Source: Calditrichia bacterium | Lineage (GTDB): Bacteria; Calditrichota; Calditrichia; RBG-13-44-9; J075 | NCBI GenBank assembly: GCA_050633245.1 | Contig: JBOEGD010000018.1 | Span: 64,001-128,000, forward strand | Direction of reading: 5' to 3' | DNA length: 64,000 bases | In this document: positions 30,397-41,336 of the stretch, piece by piece | Numbering within the stretch: position 1 is the stretch's first letter | Layout: every line of letters begins with the position of its first letter | Program-made: the position numbers and the translations under genes | The notes under the pieces: model-generated | The model's input: the letters and a program-made list of their open reading frames with translations, nothing else | Told to the model about the DNA's origin: nothing | Database searches by the model: none

Positions 30397-33300
30397 GTGA
30401 AATATTTTTTTGTTACGGCCCTTTTATCATTCATTTTTGTCCCTTGCCTAACCGCTTTTGAGCTGCATTTTAAGAACTATGCTGCCGAAGATGGTTTACC
30501 GAGTACACAGGTACAATGCATTATTCAGGATACCCGGGGATTTATTTGGCTTGGTACGGCAAATGGATTAATACGCTTTGATGGAAATCGCTTTATGCCG
30601 TTTGCGCAGAGGCAAGAAGATCCAAATAATTTAAACGGTTCTTTTATTAATGCATTGCAGGAAGGGATTTTTAGAGGCCAACCGGTTTTATGGATTGGAA
30701 CGGAATCCGCTGGCTTAAGTGCATTGAACCTGCAAACGGAAACCATTCAACGTTGGCAGCATCAGTCTGTTTTGGAAACGTCGCTTGGCAGCAACTGGAT
30801 TCTATCTGTTCTGCAAGCTGATAGCGCCGGTCTTTGGTTGGGTACCAGCGGCAAGGGACTAAACTATTTTGATTTTTCCAGTGAGGCTTTTCGTCGATAT
30901 GACGATTCAGCTGCTCCAACAATAATTCACGATATAATAACAGCCCCTTCAGGCCGCAATCAGGTTTGGCTCGCAACGAAGGATGGATTATTTGCGCTTG
31001 ATTTAACGACTGATCAAATTACTATTAACTCGACTGTTGCTGAGGCTTTGGCACCTGTTAAAACCCAACGTATCGAAGATCTTTACTTTGATGCTGAAGG
31101 CTTGCTATGGATGGCTGCATATGGATCGCGGATACTACGCTATAATCCGCGTTTGGGCGAACTGAAGGTATGGGCTGGTGATCCTCAGGATCCGTCCGGA
31201 GATCATCTGTTCGAAGCTATTTCTATTCATTCCGTAGACGGTAAACAATTTTGGCTGGGAACTCTGAGCGATGGCCTAAAGGAATTCTCTCCACAATCCG
31301 GTCAATTCACTACATATCGTCACCAGGCAAAGCTTCTTGAAAGCCTGCCAAGTAATTCTGTGCGGCCAACTCTCATTGATAACAGCAATCAACTTTGGAT
31401 TGGAACGGCAGTAGGGCTTTCGCGGGCAACCTTACAGAAAAGTCCCTTTGAAATCTACAAACATGATCCGCATGACAAACAGTCTTTGGATAATAATTAT
31501 GTATGGTCGGTATTTGAAGATCGCGATGGCGAACTCTGGGTTGGCTCCAGCTCCGGTTTGAATCGACTCCTTGGTGACAGTAGTGGCTTTCAGTCGTTTA
31601 AACTGCATCGTGAGGAAAATCCAACAGGATTTATTGCAAACGCTGTTCTTTGCATTATGGAAGACAAAGCAGATGATCTTTGGATTGGAACATTTGGCAA
31701 AGGCCTGGTGCAATTCGACAAGGAACAACACACTTTTCGTTCCTATAAGCTTTCTGATCTGGAGCCAGGTAATCCGAATCTGAACATGATATACGACATT
31801 GTTGAAGACCCGATAACATCCGAGCTTTGGATTGCTACCGAAGGTGGTTTGCGTATATTCGACCCGGTAAATCGAAGCCTGAGGAAACCACCAAAGGGTC
31901 AGCAAAAAGCCAATATAAAGTTCGATGGCCACATTCACGCATTGCACCGTGATGCTTTCGGGCGAACTTGGATTGGTACGCTAGCCGCCGGTTTATATTG
32001 CTGGCAACCTTCCAACAACCGTTATCAGCACTGGATAAAAGGAGTTGGCGATTTTCGAAGCAATACCATTACTGATATTGTAACAATTCAAGAGGACAAA
32101 AAAGATATTGTCTGGCTAGGTACAAAAGATGATGGAGTCTATCGCCTGGATGTGCAGAATGATAAGGTAGAGCGATTTAATGTTGTATCCGGGCTCCCGA
32201 ACAATCATGTGAATCGACTTGTACGAGATGAAAATGATACGATTTGGGCAAGTCTGCAAAATGGGTTGATTCGCATTCATCCAGAGTCATTTGTTATAGA
32301 AAATATTGATGTTGCTTCCAGTGGGTCAAATATTGAGTTCACCACCTTTGCTGCCAGGCGCAGTAAGTCGGGCCGTCTGTTTTTCGGTACAAAGAGTGGA
32401 TTGATGGCATTTTCCCCTAACGATATTCGCTCTAATCATCAAAAGCCTAAACTTGTTTTTACAGATTTTCGTCGCTTTAATCGTTCGGAAACGCCGGGTT
32501 CAGATTCACCGCTGAAAAAGAACATAAACTTTACGGACAATCTGGAACTCTCGTATCGCGACCATTTAATTTCCTTTGAATTTTCCGTGCTGGATTATGC
32601 TTATCCCGAAAAGGCAACCTATCGCTATAAGTTGGAGGGGTTTCATGAGGACTGGATTCCGCTGGGGAGACGAAATTGGGTTGAGTTTACAAATCTTAAG
32701 GCTGGTTCGTATCGGTTGAAGGTCGAAGGAGCAAATAGCTCAGGAGAGTGGACAAATTCCGAGAGGAGTATTGATATAGAGATTGTCCCCCCTTTTTGGG
32801 CTACCTGGTGGTTTAGGATTGCGATCATATTGCTCATTTCCGTCTTACTTTATCTGCTTTATCGCTATCGATTAAGTCAATTACTTAAAATTGAACGAAC
32901 GCGAACGCGCATTGCTCGGGACCTGCACGATGAGGTGAGCGCGAATCTTAGCAGCATTAACTTCTTTTCAGATGCGGTAGTCCAGAGTGATAATGACTTG
33001 TCCGCAGCGGCCCAAAACTATTTGAACCTGATAACCGAGTCGGCTTCTGAAGCACGATCAGCTATGGATGACATCATCTGGGCAATTAATCCAGAGCATG
33101 CTGATTGGGGGGCGTTCCTTGCGCGGTTGCGACGATTTGCATCCGACCTTCTTGCCAGCAGGCAAATAGCATACTCCATAACCATTCCAGAAGATCATTT
33201 AACCGGGAAATTGGATATGGATGTGCAGCGTGATATCTGGCTGATATTTAAAGAGATTCTGACTAATATTGTTAAGCATGCAGAGTGTGGCAATGTTGAT

Positions 33301-33495
33301 GTAGATATCGAGTTAGATTGGCGGCGCTTTCGGATGAAGGTCATCGATGATGGAATCGGTTTTGATAGCTCTATTGAGTCCAATCGCAATGGCTTGAAGA
33401 ACATCTTTGCCCGCGGTAAAGAGATAAAAGCCGATATTCATTTGCACACACAAGCGGGACAGGGGACAACATGGCGGATTGAGCTTCCGCTATAG
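30397..33495 (+). CDS. Beta-propeller/Y_Y_Y sensor histidine kinase (HisKA_3 type)
   Basis: Signal peptide, repeated D..G.LWIGT..GL, FTNLKAGSYRLKV, PPFWATWWF plus TM, RIARDLHDEV, EILTNIVKHA, DDGIGF, GQGT. Confidence 0.92.
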   Translation: MKYFFVTALLSFIFVPCLTAFELHFKNYAAEDGLPSTQVQCIIQDTRGFIWLGTANGLIRFDGNRFMPFAQRQEDPNNLNGSFINALQEGIFRGQPVLWIGTESAGLSALNLQTETIQRWQHQSVLETSLGSNWILSVLQADSAGLWLGTSGKGLNYFDFSSEAFRRYDDSAAPTIIHDIITAPSGRNQVWLATKDGLFALDLTTDQITINSTVAEALAPVKTQRIEDLYFDAEGLLWMAAYGSRILRYNPRLGELKVWAGDPQDPSGDHLFEAISIHSVDGKQFWLGTLSDGLKEFSPQSGQFTTYRHQAKLLESLPSNSVRPTLIDNSNQLWIGTAVGLSRATLQKSPFEIYKHDPHDKQSLDNNYVWSVFEDRDGELWVGSSSGLNRLLGDSSGFQSFKLHREENPTGFIANAVLCIMEDKADDLWIGTFGKGLVQFDKEQHTFRSYKLSDLEPGNPNLNMIYDIVEDPITSELWIATEGGLRIFDPVNRSLRKPPKGQQKANIKFDGHIHALHRDAFGRTWIGTLAAGLYCWQPSNNRYQHWIKGVGDFRSNTITDIVTIQEDKKDIVWLGTKDDGVYRLDVQNDKVERFNVVSGLPNNHVNRLVRDENDTIWASLQNGLIRIHPESFVIENIDVASSGSNIEFTTFAARRSKSGRLFFGTKSGLMAFSPNDIRSNHQKPKLVFTDFRRFNRSETPGSDSPLKKNINFTDNLELSYRDHLISFEFSVLDYAYPEKATYRYKLEGFHEDWIPLGRRNWVEFTNLKAGSYRLKVEGANSSGEWTNSERSIDIEIVPPFWATWWFRIAIILLISVLLYLLYRYRLSQLLKIERTRTRIARDLHDEVSANLSSINFFSDAVVQSDNDLSAAAQNYLNLITESASEARSAMDDIIWAINPEHADWGAFLARLRRFASDLLASRQIAYSITIPEDHLTGKLDMDVQRDIWLIFKEILTNIVKHAECGNVDVDIELDWRRFRMKVIDDGIGFDSSIESNRNGLKNIFARGKEIKADIHLHTQAGQGTTWRIELPL

Positions 33496-33496
33496 T

Positions 33497-33518
33497 TTCC
33501 CACATGAAAATGTGGGAA
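33497..33518. promoter_or_regulatory. Palindromic operator candidate CCACAT-N4-ATGTGG (copy 1)
   Basis: TTCCCACAT-GAAA-ATGTGGGAA upstream of the response regulator. Confidence 0.55.
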
Positions 33519-33565
33519 GAAAGTGATATTTGGACTATAGGTTCTATAAAAAGGATGATATTAAC

Positions 33566-34231
33566 GTGCCTAAGTTTACCAGTTTACCAGAAAAATTGAT
33601 CAGTATATCGCTTATTGAAGATAATCGTTATATCCGCCAGGGTTGGGTTGCTGCTCTTGAAGTGGTAGCGGATTTTCTGGTACTCGCAGAATATGGTTCT
33701 TGTGAAGCTGCTCTTCAGGATGAACAGATTGGGGAATCGGATGTGGTTATTCTGGATATTGGCTTACCTGGAATTTCAGGGATGGAAGGAGTAAAGATGC
33801 TTTTGGAAAAATATCCAAAGTTGCGTGTTGTTATGTGCACCGTTCATGATGAAGACGATAAAATTTTTACTGCGCTTAGCAATGGCGCTATTGGATATCT
33901 GATAAAAAGTACTTCTCCAAGTGATTTTATTAAGGCCATTCGAACTACTGCTGCCGGCGGTTCGTTTATGAGTCCTGACATTGCCCGTAAGGTGATTTCC
34001 TCGTTTCAACAGCCGGGAGCGGAAGATTCTCTCGATGAAAAGCTTGATGATGTTGAAACTTGTATTTTAAGCGAGCTGGCAAAAGGAAAATCTTACCGCG
34101 ATGCTGCAGAAACGGTGCATCTTTCAATAGATGGCGTACGTTATCGCATCCAATCCATCTACCGTAAACTACAGGTGCACACGCGCTCGGAGGCTGTTGC
34201 AAAAGGCTTTCAGCGGCGGATAATAAAATGA
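33566..34231 (+). CDS. NarL/LuxR-family response regulator
   Basis: LIEDN, VILDIGLPGISG, GAIGYLIK, MSPDIARKV, C-terminal HTH IYRKLQVHTRSEAV; GTG at 33566 after AAGGA (track starts at 33530). Confidence 0.92.
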   Translation: MPKFTSLPEKLISISLIEDNRYIRQGWVAALEVVADFLVLAEYGSCEAALQDEQIGESDVVILDIGLPGISGMEGVKMLLEKYPKLRVVMCTVHDEDDKIFTALSNGAIGYLIKSTSPSDFIKAIRTTAAGGSFMSPDIARKVISSFQQPGAEDSLDEKLDDVETCILSELAKGKSYRDAAETVHLSIDGVRYRIQSIYRKLQVHTRSEAVAKGFQRRIIK

Positions 34232-34274
34232 TTTTTACGCAGCATCGCATAATTGCGTGAAGCTGCGTAAAAAA
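34232..34274. terminator. Hairpin/terminator after the regulator gene
   Basis: TTTTTACGCAGC...GCTGCGTAAAAA inverted repeat. Confidence 0.55.
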
Positions 34275-34291
34275 CCACATGCTCATGTGGT
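34274..34291. promoter_or_regulatory. Palindromic operator candidate CCACAT-N4-ATGTGG (copy 2)
   Basis: ACCACAT-GCTC-ATGTGGT about 60 nt upstream of the large secreted-protein gene. Confidence 0.55.
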
Positions 34292-34352
34292 ACAACCTTT
34301 AAATCTCCCCTCCATATTTCCTGCTACAACTACCATTAATCCGGAGGATTGT

Positions 34353-37300
34353 ATGCGGGGAATTCTCACATTCTGCCGAATAGTTTTGTGCGTAATGTTA
34401 ATTAATGGCTCGATAGGTGCTCAAACACAAATACAGCAGCTTTTTAACAGAACACTGACCTTTGATGCCGGAGGGCTTACCAGTCAGACGGTAGTACAGC
34501 TTTTGGACGATGGCCCGGCGAGTACCCGTGGCGGCTATGCTCAAAAAAACATGACCTATTTCGGTGATACCTACTATTTGGTTTCCAGGCATCAGCAGAA
34601 TGGTGATAACGATATTTATCTTCGCACCAGCTCAGATGGTTTCAACTGGTCTGCCCGAACTCTCGTCAATGATGATCCCGGCGTGACCTCGCAAAGGAAA
34701 CCGGTTTTTGCTGTCGGAGGTGATCCTCAGCAGCCTGAAATCTGCGTGATTTGGCAGGACCAGCGTGACCCGTCATTTCAGCTATGGGCTGCTGTTTCTA
34801 TTGATGGTGGACAAACCTTCTCAAGTTCTGCTCAAATCAGCGATCATACCTCTGCTACAAATATTCTTGCTGATGTTGCAAGAGACGCTGCCGGTAACTT
34901 TTATGTGGTCTGGAATCGCGCTGTCGGAGGCGGTAGTTATTACCAAACGTGGTTCAGTCGTACCACCTACAAGGGGCAAACCTGGCTGCCGAAAGCTCAG
35001 GTGCATAGTGGGAGAGTCTACAGTTTTCCCTCGCAAATAGTTGCCCGGGGAAATGGAGAGCTGCTGATCGGCATTTGCGACGATCAAAATTCCAAAAACA
35101 ATTTGGTGGTTTACAGTAGCAGCGATAGTGGCGATAACTGGCAGTTGGAGACCCAGGCGACAAACTATCCAATAAGTGAGGGTTTTCGCTACTTTTCTAT
35201 GCTAAAGGATGACGCAGATACGATCCACTTCCTGTTCGAGAAATTAGAAAGCGGACAAATTCGCAGCTATCGCCACATGAGTACAGCCGACTGGGGTGGT
35301 AGTTGGTCTACTGATCGTCCTGTCTCGGATACCACGCTGACGTCGCTTCAAAATGGACATGAAGTATGGAACGCTCCGGGGTTGGCAATTACTCCAAACG
35401 GCACTATTTATGCCGCCTGGGCGGATAAGCGAAGCGATCCTTTAGGTGCCAATTATGAGGCCTACCTAACGCGTTCTACCGATGGTGGACAAACCTGGAT
35501 GCCGGAAATCCAGGTAAACGAGATGTCACAGGTTGAAGGTCAGGGATTCATTTCCATTGCCGTGAAGTCTGATGGTACAAACGATATCGTTTCTGCGGTA
35601 TGGACAGAAAGTCGCAGCTTTGCCGGATCAAATCCACCCTCTGCGTTTACTCTGGTTAATCCGGCGAACAATACACTGTTTTCCTTTGCCAATCCCATCA
35701 GCTTTGGCTGGCAACAGTCTATCGATCCGGATGGTGATCCGGTTAGCTACGACCTGCGTATTTGGGATGTGGATATGCAGTATGCCGACACGACCATCAG
35801 TGGTATCACCACAATTAACCGCGGTTTTAATGCACCCGGTTACCTGAAGTTTGGTGGAGAATATCGTTGGACGGTCCGCGCTACCGACGGCAGCAATACC
35901 ACGGCCGCTATAGATACATTTACACTGCGCATTATGGACGCTGCGTTTCCGGTAAGTCTGCAACAACCGACAAGCGGCTCGCAACTTCCCGATATTCAAA
36001 ATGATATTCAATTTTCATGGCTCACCGACAGCATTCGAGCGAGCGGACCCATTCAGTATGAATTTCACCTGTTCGACATGGTTGATGACACGGTTATCAG
36101 TGCTATAAGTGCAGAACAGTTATCATTTAATGGAAGTACATTCTTGCGAAACAACAGTACGTATCAATGGTACGTATCGGCGAGCGATGGTTTTACGACG
36201 GCTTATTCCGATACCTTTGCTTTGCTGACACCCAGCGGCATTCTGGATGGCGAATATACCATTGGTAACGGAGGTAACTTCCTCAATTTTAGTTCGGCAG
36301 TAAATGTGCTGAATACCTTCGGCGTGAATAGTCCGACGACCTTTAAAGTATTACCGGGAACCTATAATGAAAGATTTGAAATTACCTCCTTTCCCGGTCA
36401 GGGGGAAATTAGCCCTGTGGTTTTTGAAGCTCAGAATGGAGACGTGTCCAGTGTTCTTGTTGAGTATCAACAGGCACCGCATGATGTGGCAATAGTGAAT
36501 GTAGAAAGTAGCAGTTACGTAACAATTCGCCGGCTGAGTTTTAACGCAATTTTATCTCCAAACGATAATCACGTGTTGATTGGTATTTTTAATTCTGCAA
36601 ATATTTCTGTTGAGGAATGTATTTTCACCGGTCCGGACGCGTCGATTGCAGGAAATGACTATTCTCTGCTGTCGTATTTTAGCGATAATGTACGTATTCA
36701 GGGAAATACACTAACTGGTAACGGTGGTGGCATCGCTGTTGTCGGAAACGATTTAAATCGAGTCTCCGGTATACAGGTGCTGCAAAATAATATTTCGGGC
36801 GCGCGTCGCATTAGCTTAGCCGGTTCACACATTGACGCGCCGTTAATCGATGGTAACAATGTAGAGCATTCAAGTTCATACCCTGCGGTAAACCTCATAC
36901 AGTGTATCAATCGCATGCGCTTTACTAAAAACCGCATACATGGCTATGGCGGCACTATTTGGGATTTTACCTCTGCGGTGCGTATAAGAAACTGCTACGG
37001 GAGCTCAGAGCGGGGATTAATCGCGAATAATATGATACTTTTCACCCCGGAAGATTCGATTCGCACTGCCAGTGCAGTGGATATTTTTTCCTCTGGTAAT
37101 CTCGACATATTTTATAATACTGTTCACATTCGCGGCTCTACAATACCGTTGCAGGACAGTAATTTGCCTTCTCGTTATGGACTTATTGCCTGGGGTAATA
37201 CCAGCGGGTTGCGTTTAAAGAATAATATTTTTTCTGCCGGCCAGAACAGCTGGGCTTATAATGCGAACAATAATGCCATTATTGAATCGGATTACAACGC

Positions 37301-39647
37301 ACTTTATTCTCAGGGACGGTATTTGGCGTATATTGGGGGTAGCAATTATAAAAATCTTCACGGCATTCGCGAAGCACATGGGTTTGAAATGAACTCCTTG
37401 TCCGCCCCACCACGATTCTTTGGGATGGACGACTTGCATGCAGCTTCAGAGGCTCTTGATGGAGCCGGAACACCATTGAATGAGGTATTGGATGACTTCG
37501 ATGGTGAGGGCCGTGACCCGTCGGCTCCTGACATTGGTGCTGATGAATATGTAGCGCAATCTATAGGTCTGACCGGTATTTATAAAGTTGGAGAGGGGGC
37601 ACATTTTGCAACTCTCACCGAGGCAATAGAGGCGTTGCACATGTTGGGAATTAACGAGACTACTACAATATCTATATTGCCGGGCACCTATAAAGGGTCA
37701 TTTGTCTTTTCACAGATTGCCGGAGCTGGCTCAGGTAATCACATTGTTTTTCAATCCCACAGTGGAAGGGTGCAAGACGTAGTGCTTGCCCCGGGAAGCC
37801 CCGGCAATCAGCACAACCTGATTCGAATGAGAGATGCCAGGTATTTAACTTTCCAGCGTCTTACAATGGGGGGCACTTTGCATAGCTCCTGGCTTGGACT
37901 TATTCGTCTTGAAGGTGATTCGGATAATATCTCTTTTCTTAGCAATAACCTCAGCGTGGAGATTTTAAATAATTTGAACACCGGAGCTTTGATTTACGCA
38001 GAGGGCGATTCACTGTCCGCGCCGGATAGCCTGCGATTCATCGGTAATGTGTTTGAAGACGGCTTTTTATTGCTCCCGGCAGATGAAAATTTGGCGATGA
38101 AAGGGTTGCGAATTGAGCGAAACCGTTTTGATGCCCGAAATTTATATTACTTTGGTCTTCGGGTGGAGCATGCAGAGGCGGCGGTCATTCAGAATAATTT
38201 TTTTAATTACTTTCATCCACGGGCAAATTTCACCGGGCTATCGCTGTTTGATTGTGGTAATGGTTTGCAAATGTCCGGAAACCGTATTCGGATCGATAGC
38301 CAGGGTGCCTCCTTTGGAGTTATTGTTTCCGGAGTGCGCAACGAAACCAGCGGTAACATATTCAATAATTTTATTTCAGTTGAGGGCGATAGTGGACAAG
38401 TTGGCCTGCATGTCTCAACTACTGATATGAACATTTATCACAATAGTATCAACCTCTCTGGTGGAATTGGGGCGGGGCCTGGCTTTGAAAGTATTGGCCT
38501 CTCGGTGCGGTCATCAGACTATCGTTTGCAAAATAATGTGTTGGCCAACATGGCTGGCGGATTTGCCCTCGTCAGTGGAGGAGGAACCACTATTCAGGAA
38601 TCGGACTATAACGATTTCTATACCAGCGGAGCGTCTCTTGCGCGCATTGAAGGAACAGATTATGTTAACCTTGCGGAAATACGTACAGCTACCGGATGGG
38701 AACTGAATTCGCTGTCTGCAGATCCCCGATTTCTCAGCAATACTGATTTACATCTGAATACTGACTCACCGCTTGGAGAAGCCGGCACCCCGTTACTGGC
38801 AATTAATCGCGACATCGATCGGCAGCCACGCAGCAGCACTGCCCCGGATATCGGTGCCGACGAGTTCACCTCAAGCCGCATTGTTCTTCGTCGCAGAAGT
38901 AGCATTAACCTGTCGCTGCCGCAGAATTCGTCGTTACACGATGTGCTGGATGTGCATGGCATAAGCAGTACGTTGTTAAATGGCTACGTGTTGTCTGATG
39001 TGAACGTGTTGCTGGATACCCTGGTCCATCCTGATGTGGCTGATTTGGATATCTTTATTTCGCATGCCGGTATCCGCGATACGCTGGTTTATTCACTCTC
39101 AGGGAATGGCGGCGACTTCCTCAATACAATTTTCGATGATAGCGCTGGTGTTTCGATTGAACAGGGAAGTGCTCCTTTTAGCGGTCGCTTTCGACCGAGT
39201 GGTTCACTTGCCGGCTTTGAGGGTAGTGACCCGGAAGGGGAGTGGGAAATTGAGATAGTTAATCGCGGTAGTGATACAACCGGTGTGCTTCAGGCATGGG
39301 GATTACAGCTTGAGTTTGAATATTTAACCAGCCTGGAGCCAAATAGTGGACGGGTTGTCCCTGAAAAATTGACACTTGAGCAAAACTATCCCAATCCATT
39401 TAATCCGAATACCACTATTCGTTTTGCTCTGCCAGAAGCGGCAAGGCCGCGTTTGGTAATTTATAATGCACTGGGGCAGTTTGTCGATGCTATTGTATTT
39501 GACCGAGAACTGTCGGCAGGCTGGCATCAGATGCAGTGGAAGGGCATCTCGTATTCGGGCGATCCGGTATCCAGCGGAATTTACTTCTATCGGCTGGAAA
39601 TGAGTGATAAAGTTGGAATTACTCGCAAGATGCTGTTGATACGGTAG
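34353..39647 (+). CDS. Large secreted protein: BNR/Asp-box propeller, FN3-like domains, two parallel beta-helix modules, proprotein-convertase P domain, C-terminal sorting domain
   Basis: GGAGG RBS and signal peptide; SSDGFNW, SIDGGQTF, STDGGQTW; APDIGADEY/F twice; LQAWGL; QNYPNPFNP...SSGIYFYRL. Confidence 0.85.
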   Translation: MRGILTFCRIVLCVMLINGSIGAQTQIQQLFNRTLTFDAGGLTSQTVVQLLDDGPASTRGGYAQKNMTYFGDTYYLVSRHQQNGDNDIYLRTSSDGFNWSARTLVNDDPGVTSQRKPVFAVGGDPQQPEICVIWQDQRDPSFQLWAAVSIDGGQTFSSSAQISDHTSATNILADVARDAAGNFYVVWNRAVGGGSYYQTWFSRTTYKGQTWLPKAQVHSGRVYSFPSQIVARGNGELLIGICDDQNSKNNLVVYSSSDSGDNWQLETQATNYPISEGFRYFSMLKDDADTIHFLFEKLESGQIRSYRHMSTADWGGSWSTDRPVSDTTLTSLQNGHEVWNAPGLAITPNGTIYAAWADKRSDPLGANYEAYLTRSTDGGQTWMPEIQVNEMSQVEGQGFISIAVKSDGTNDIVSAVWTESRSFAGSNPPSAFTLVNPANNTLFSFANPISFGWQQSIDPDGDPVSYDLRIWDVDMQYADTTISGITTINRGFNAPGYLKFGGEYRWTVRATDGSNTTAAIDTFTLRIMDAAFPVSLQQPTSGSQLPDIQNDIQFSWLTDSIRASGPIQYEFHLFDMVDDTVISAISAEQLSFNGSTFLRNNSTYQWYVSASDGFTTAYSDTFALLTPSGILDGEYTIGNGGNFLNFSSAVNVLNTFGVNSPTTFKVLPGTYNERFEITSFPGQGEISPVVFEAQNGDVSSVLVEYQQAPHDVAIVNVESSSYVTIRRLSFNAILSPNDNHVLIGIFNSANISVEECIFTGPDASIAGNDYSLLSYFSDNVRIQGNTLTGNGGGIAVVGNDLNRVSGIQVLQNNISGARRISLAGSHIDAPLIDGNNVEHSSSYPAVNLIQCINRMRFTKNRIHGYGGTIWDFTSAVRIRNCYGSSERGLIANNMILFTPEDSIRTASAVDIFSSGNLDIFYNTVHIRGSTIPLQDSNLPSRYGLIAWGNTSGLRLKNNIFSAGQNSWAYNANNNAIIESDYNALYSQGRYLAYIGGSNYKNLHGIREAHGFEMNSLSAPPRFFGMDDLHAASEALDGAGTPLNEVLDDFDGEGRDPSAPDIGADEYVAQSIGLTGIYKVGEGAHFATLTEAIEALHMLGINETTTISILPGTYKGSFVFSQIAGAGSGNHIVFQSHSGRVQDVVLAPGSPGNQHNLIRMRDARYLTFQRLTMGGTLHSSWLGLIRLEGDSDNISFLSNNLSVEILNNLNTGALIYAEGDSLSAPDSLRFIGNVFEDGFLLLPADENLAMKGLRIERNRFDARNLYYFGLRVEHAEAAVIQNNFFNYFHPRANFTGLSLFDCGNGLQMSGNRIRIDSQGASFGVIVSGVRNETSGNIFNNFISVEGDSGQVGLHVSTTDMNIYHNSINLSGGIGAGPGFESIGLSVRSSDYRLQNNVLANMAGGFALVSGGGTTIQESDYNDFYTSGASLARIEGTDYVNLAEIRTATGWELNSLSADPRFLSNTDLHLNTDSPLGEAGTPLLAINRDIDRQPRSSTAPDIGADEFTSSRIVLRRRSSINLSLPQNSSLHDVLDVHGISSTLLNGYVLSDVNVLLDTLVHPDVADLDIFISHAGIRDTLVYSLSGNGGDFLNTIFDDSAGVSIEQGSAPFSGRFRPSGSLAGFEGSDPEGEWEIEIVNRGSDTTGVLQAWGLQLEFEYLTSLEPNSGRVVPEKLTLEQNYPNPFNPNTTIRFALPEAARPRLVIYNALGQFVDAIVFDRELSAGWHQMQWKGISYSGDPVSSGIYFYRLEMSDKVGITRKMLLIR

Positions 39648-40200
39648 ACTATATTATTAGTGGCGCAGAGAAAATCTATGTCAATTCCAAAACACTTTGC
39701 GATTTTCTCATTGTCCCTATGTGTTTCAAAGGATAAGTTCCTTGTAGTAGAAATCGAACTTGGGTGCATAGTAAAAGTTTGATGATGGTCTATCTGTTTT
39801 TGGTCCTTCATTTTTCTTTAAGAAAAGCACCGACTACCAATAGGTTAGAAAAACTGTTAGTTTTAGAACATACAGGTCTTTTTCCTTTTGCCTGAAGCGT
39901 GTTGAGAAGCTTTCTTATCTTTTCAAAATCAAAATGTGTGACCTCGATACTTTTTTCTTCTCGCCAACCTTCTTTCATTTAATCAAATGTTCAAAGGATT
40001 AGCCGCTGCAATGGATATGCTGTTAGGTTTTGCGTATTACTCAAAAAGTTGTTAATTATCAGTGACTAATTCACCGCAACCCTGTCATAATAATAAGAAA
40101 ATCAGTTTTTTTCGGATCCTGCAGTCGCCGAATAGCCGGATACCTGTGGCTTTTTGTGATTTCAGGTGATAATTATTCATTCTCAAAATGGAGAATAACT

Positions 40201-41259
40201 ATGTCTCGTACGTTAATGATTATTGCTACCCTGGCAATGTTCCTTTTTGGTGCTGCTCAAGCACAAACAACCATTCAAGCTATTCATGGAGCTGCTGACC
40301 CCGCTTTGGATACGGTGGATGTGTATGTTGGAATTGGAGCGATTCCGCTCACTAAAATTGAGGATATTACCTTTGGTTCAGCAAACCCCACTATCGATTC
40401 ACCGATAACCGATCAGGTGTTGGAGTTTGGTATTGCGCCCGGTAACAGCACCGCTCGCAGTGACACGGTTGCAAACTTTCCTGTGTTTATTGGGCCGAAT
40501 AAGAATTATATCGGTTTGTTTAATGGTGTGGTTGACCCAAGTGGGTTTGCACCGAACCCTGATGGCCGCGATATTGAGTTGGGTGTAGCTTTTACTGATG
40601 AAGGACGTCTTCAGTCTTCCACACCGGGCAGCGTAGAGGTCATCCTTTTTCACGCAGCTACTGATGTTCCCACTGTCGACGTAACGACTCCGGGCGGTGG
40701 TATAACGCTTGTTGATAATATGGGATATGGCGATGTCACTGGTTATTTGCCGATTCCTGCCGGCGTTGCCATGTTGGACATTCGTGATGCCAGTGGTGCA
40801 AATGTACTTTTTACCGTGCAGGCCGATCTGAGTGCCTATGCTGATAGCGCAATTTCTATTATTGCATCCGGATTTCTTGATCCTTCCGCTAATCAGAATG
40901 GTCCTGCTTTCAGTATTGATGGTTATACAACGGGTGGAACACTTATCCCATTTGGGCTGCTGACTGGTATCGGTGATGAGCAAAACATTCTGCTCGAAGA
41001 CTATCGTTTGCTTCAGAACTACCCAAATCCGTTTAACCCGACCACAACAATCGAATTTGCTATTCCACAGAACGAAACGGTAGAGCTTACGATTTATAAT
41101 GCGCTTGGTGAAACCGTTGAAACGCTGGTTCGTGGAAATTTAGCTGCCGGTTCTCATTCCTATAGTTGGGATGCAGCAACACGCGCAAGTGGTGTGTATT
41201 ACTATCAGCTTTCAGCAGGTGCTTTTAACAAAACCGGCAAAATGTTGCTAATGAAATAA
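40201..41259 (+). CDS. Secreted DUF4397-like protein with C-terminal sorting domain
   Basis: Signal peptide; two repeats IHGAADP..VDVYV and FHAATDVPTVDV; QNYPNPFNP...ASGVYYY. Confidence 0.8.
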   Translation: MSRTLMIIATLAMFLFGAAQAQTTIQAIHGAADPALDTVDVYVGIGAIPLTKIEDITFGSANPTIDSPITDQVLEFGIAPGNSTARSDTVANFPVFIGPNKNYIGLFNGVVDPSGFAPNPDGRDIELGVAFTDEGRLQSSTPGSVEVILFHAATDVPTVDVTTPGGGITLVDNMGYGDVTGYLPIPAGVAMLDIRDASGANVLFTVQADLSAYADSAISIIASGFLDPSANQNGPAFSIDGYTTGGTLIPFGLLTGIGDEQNILLEDYRLLQNYPNPFNPTTTIEFAIPQNETVELTIYNALGETVETLVRGNLAAGSHSYSWDAATRASGVYYYQLSAGAFNKTGKMLLMK

Positions 41260-41336
41260 CAATTGGTTTGAGCACGCGGCGAATTCGTCGCGTGTTTCTC
41301 TCAACCCTCACTTCTACACGTAATGGAAGAGAGTAT

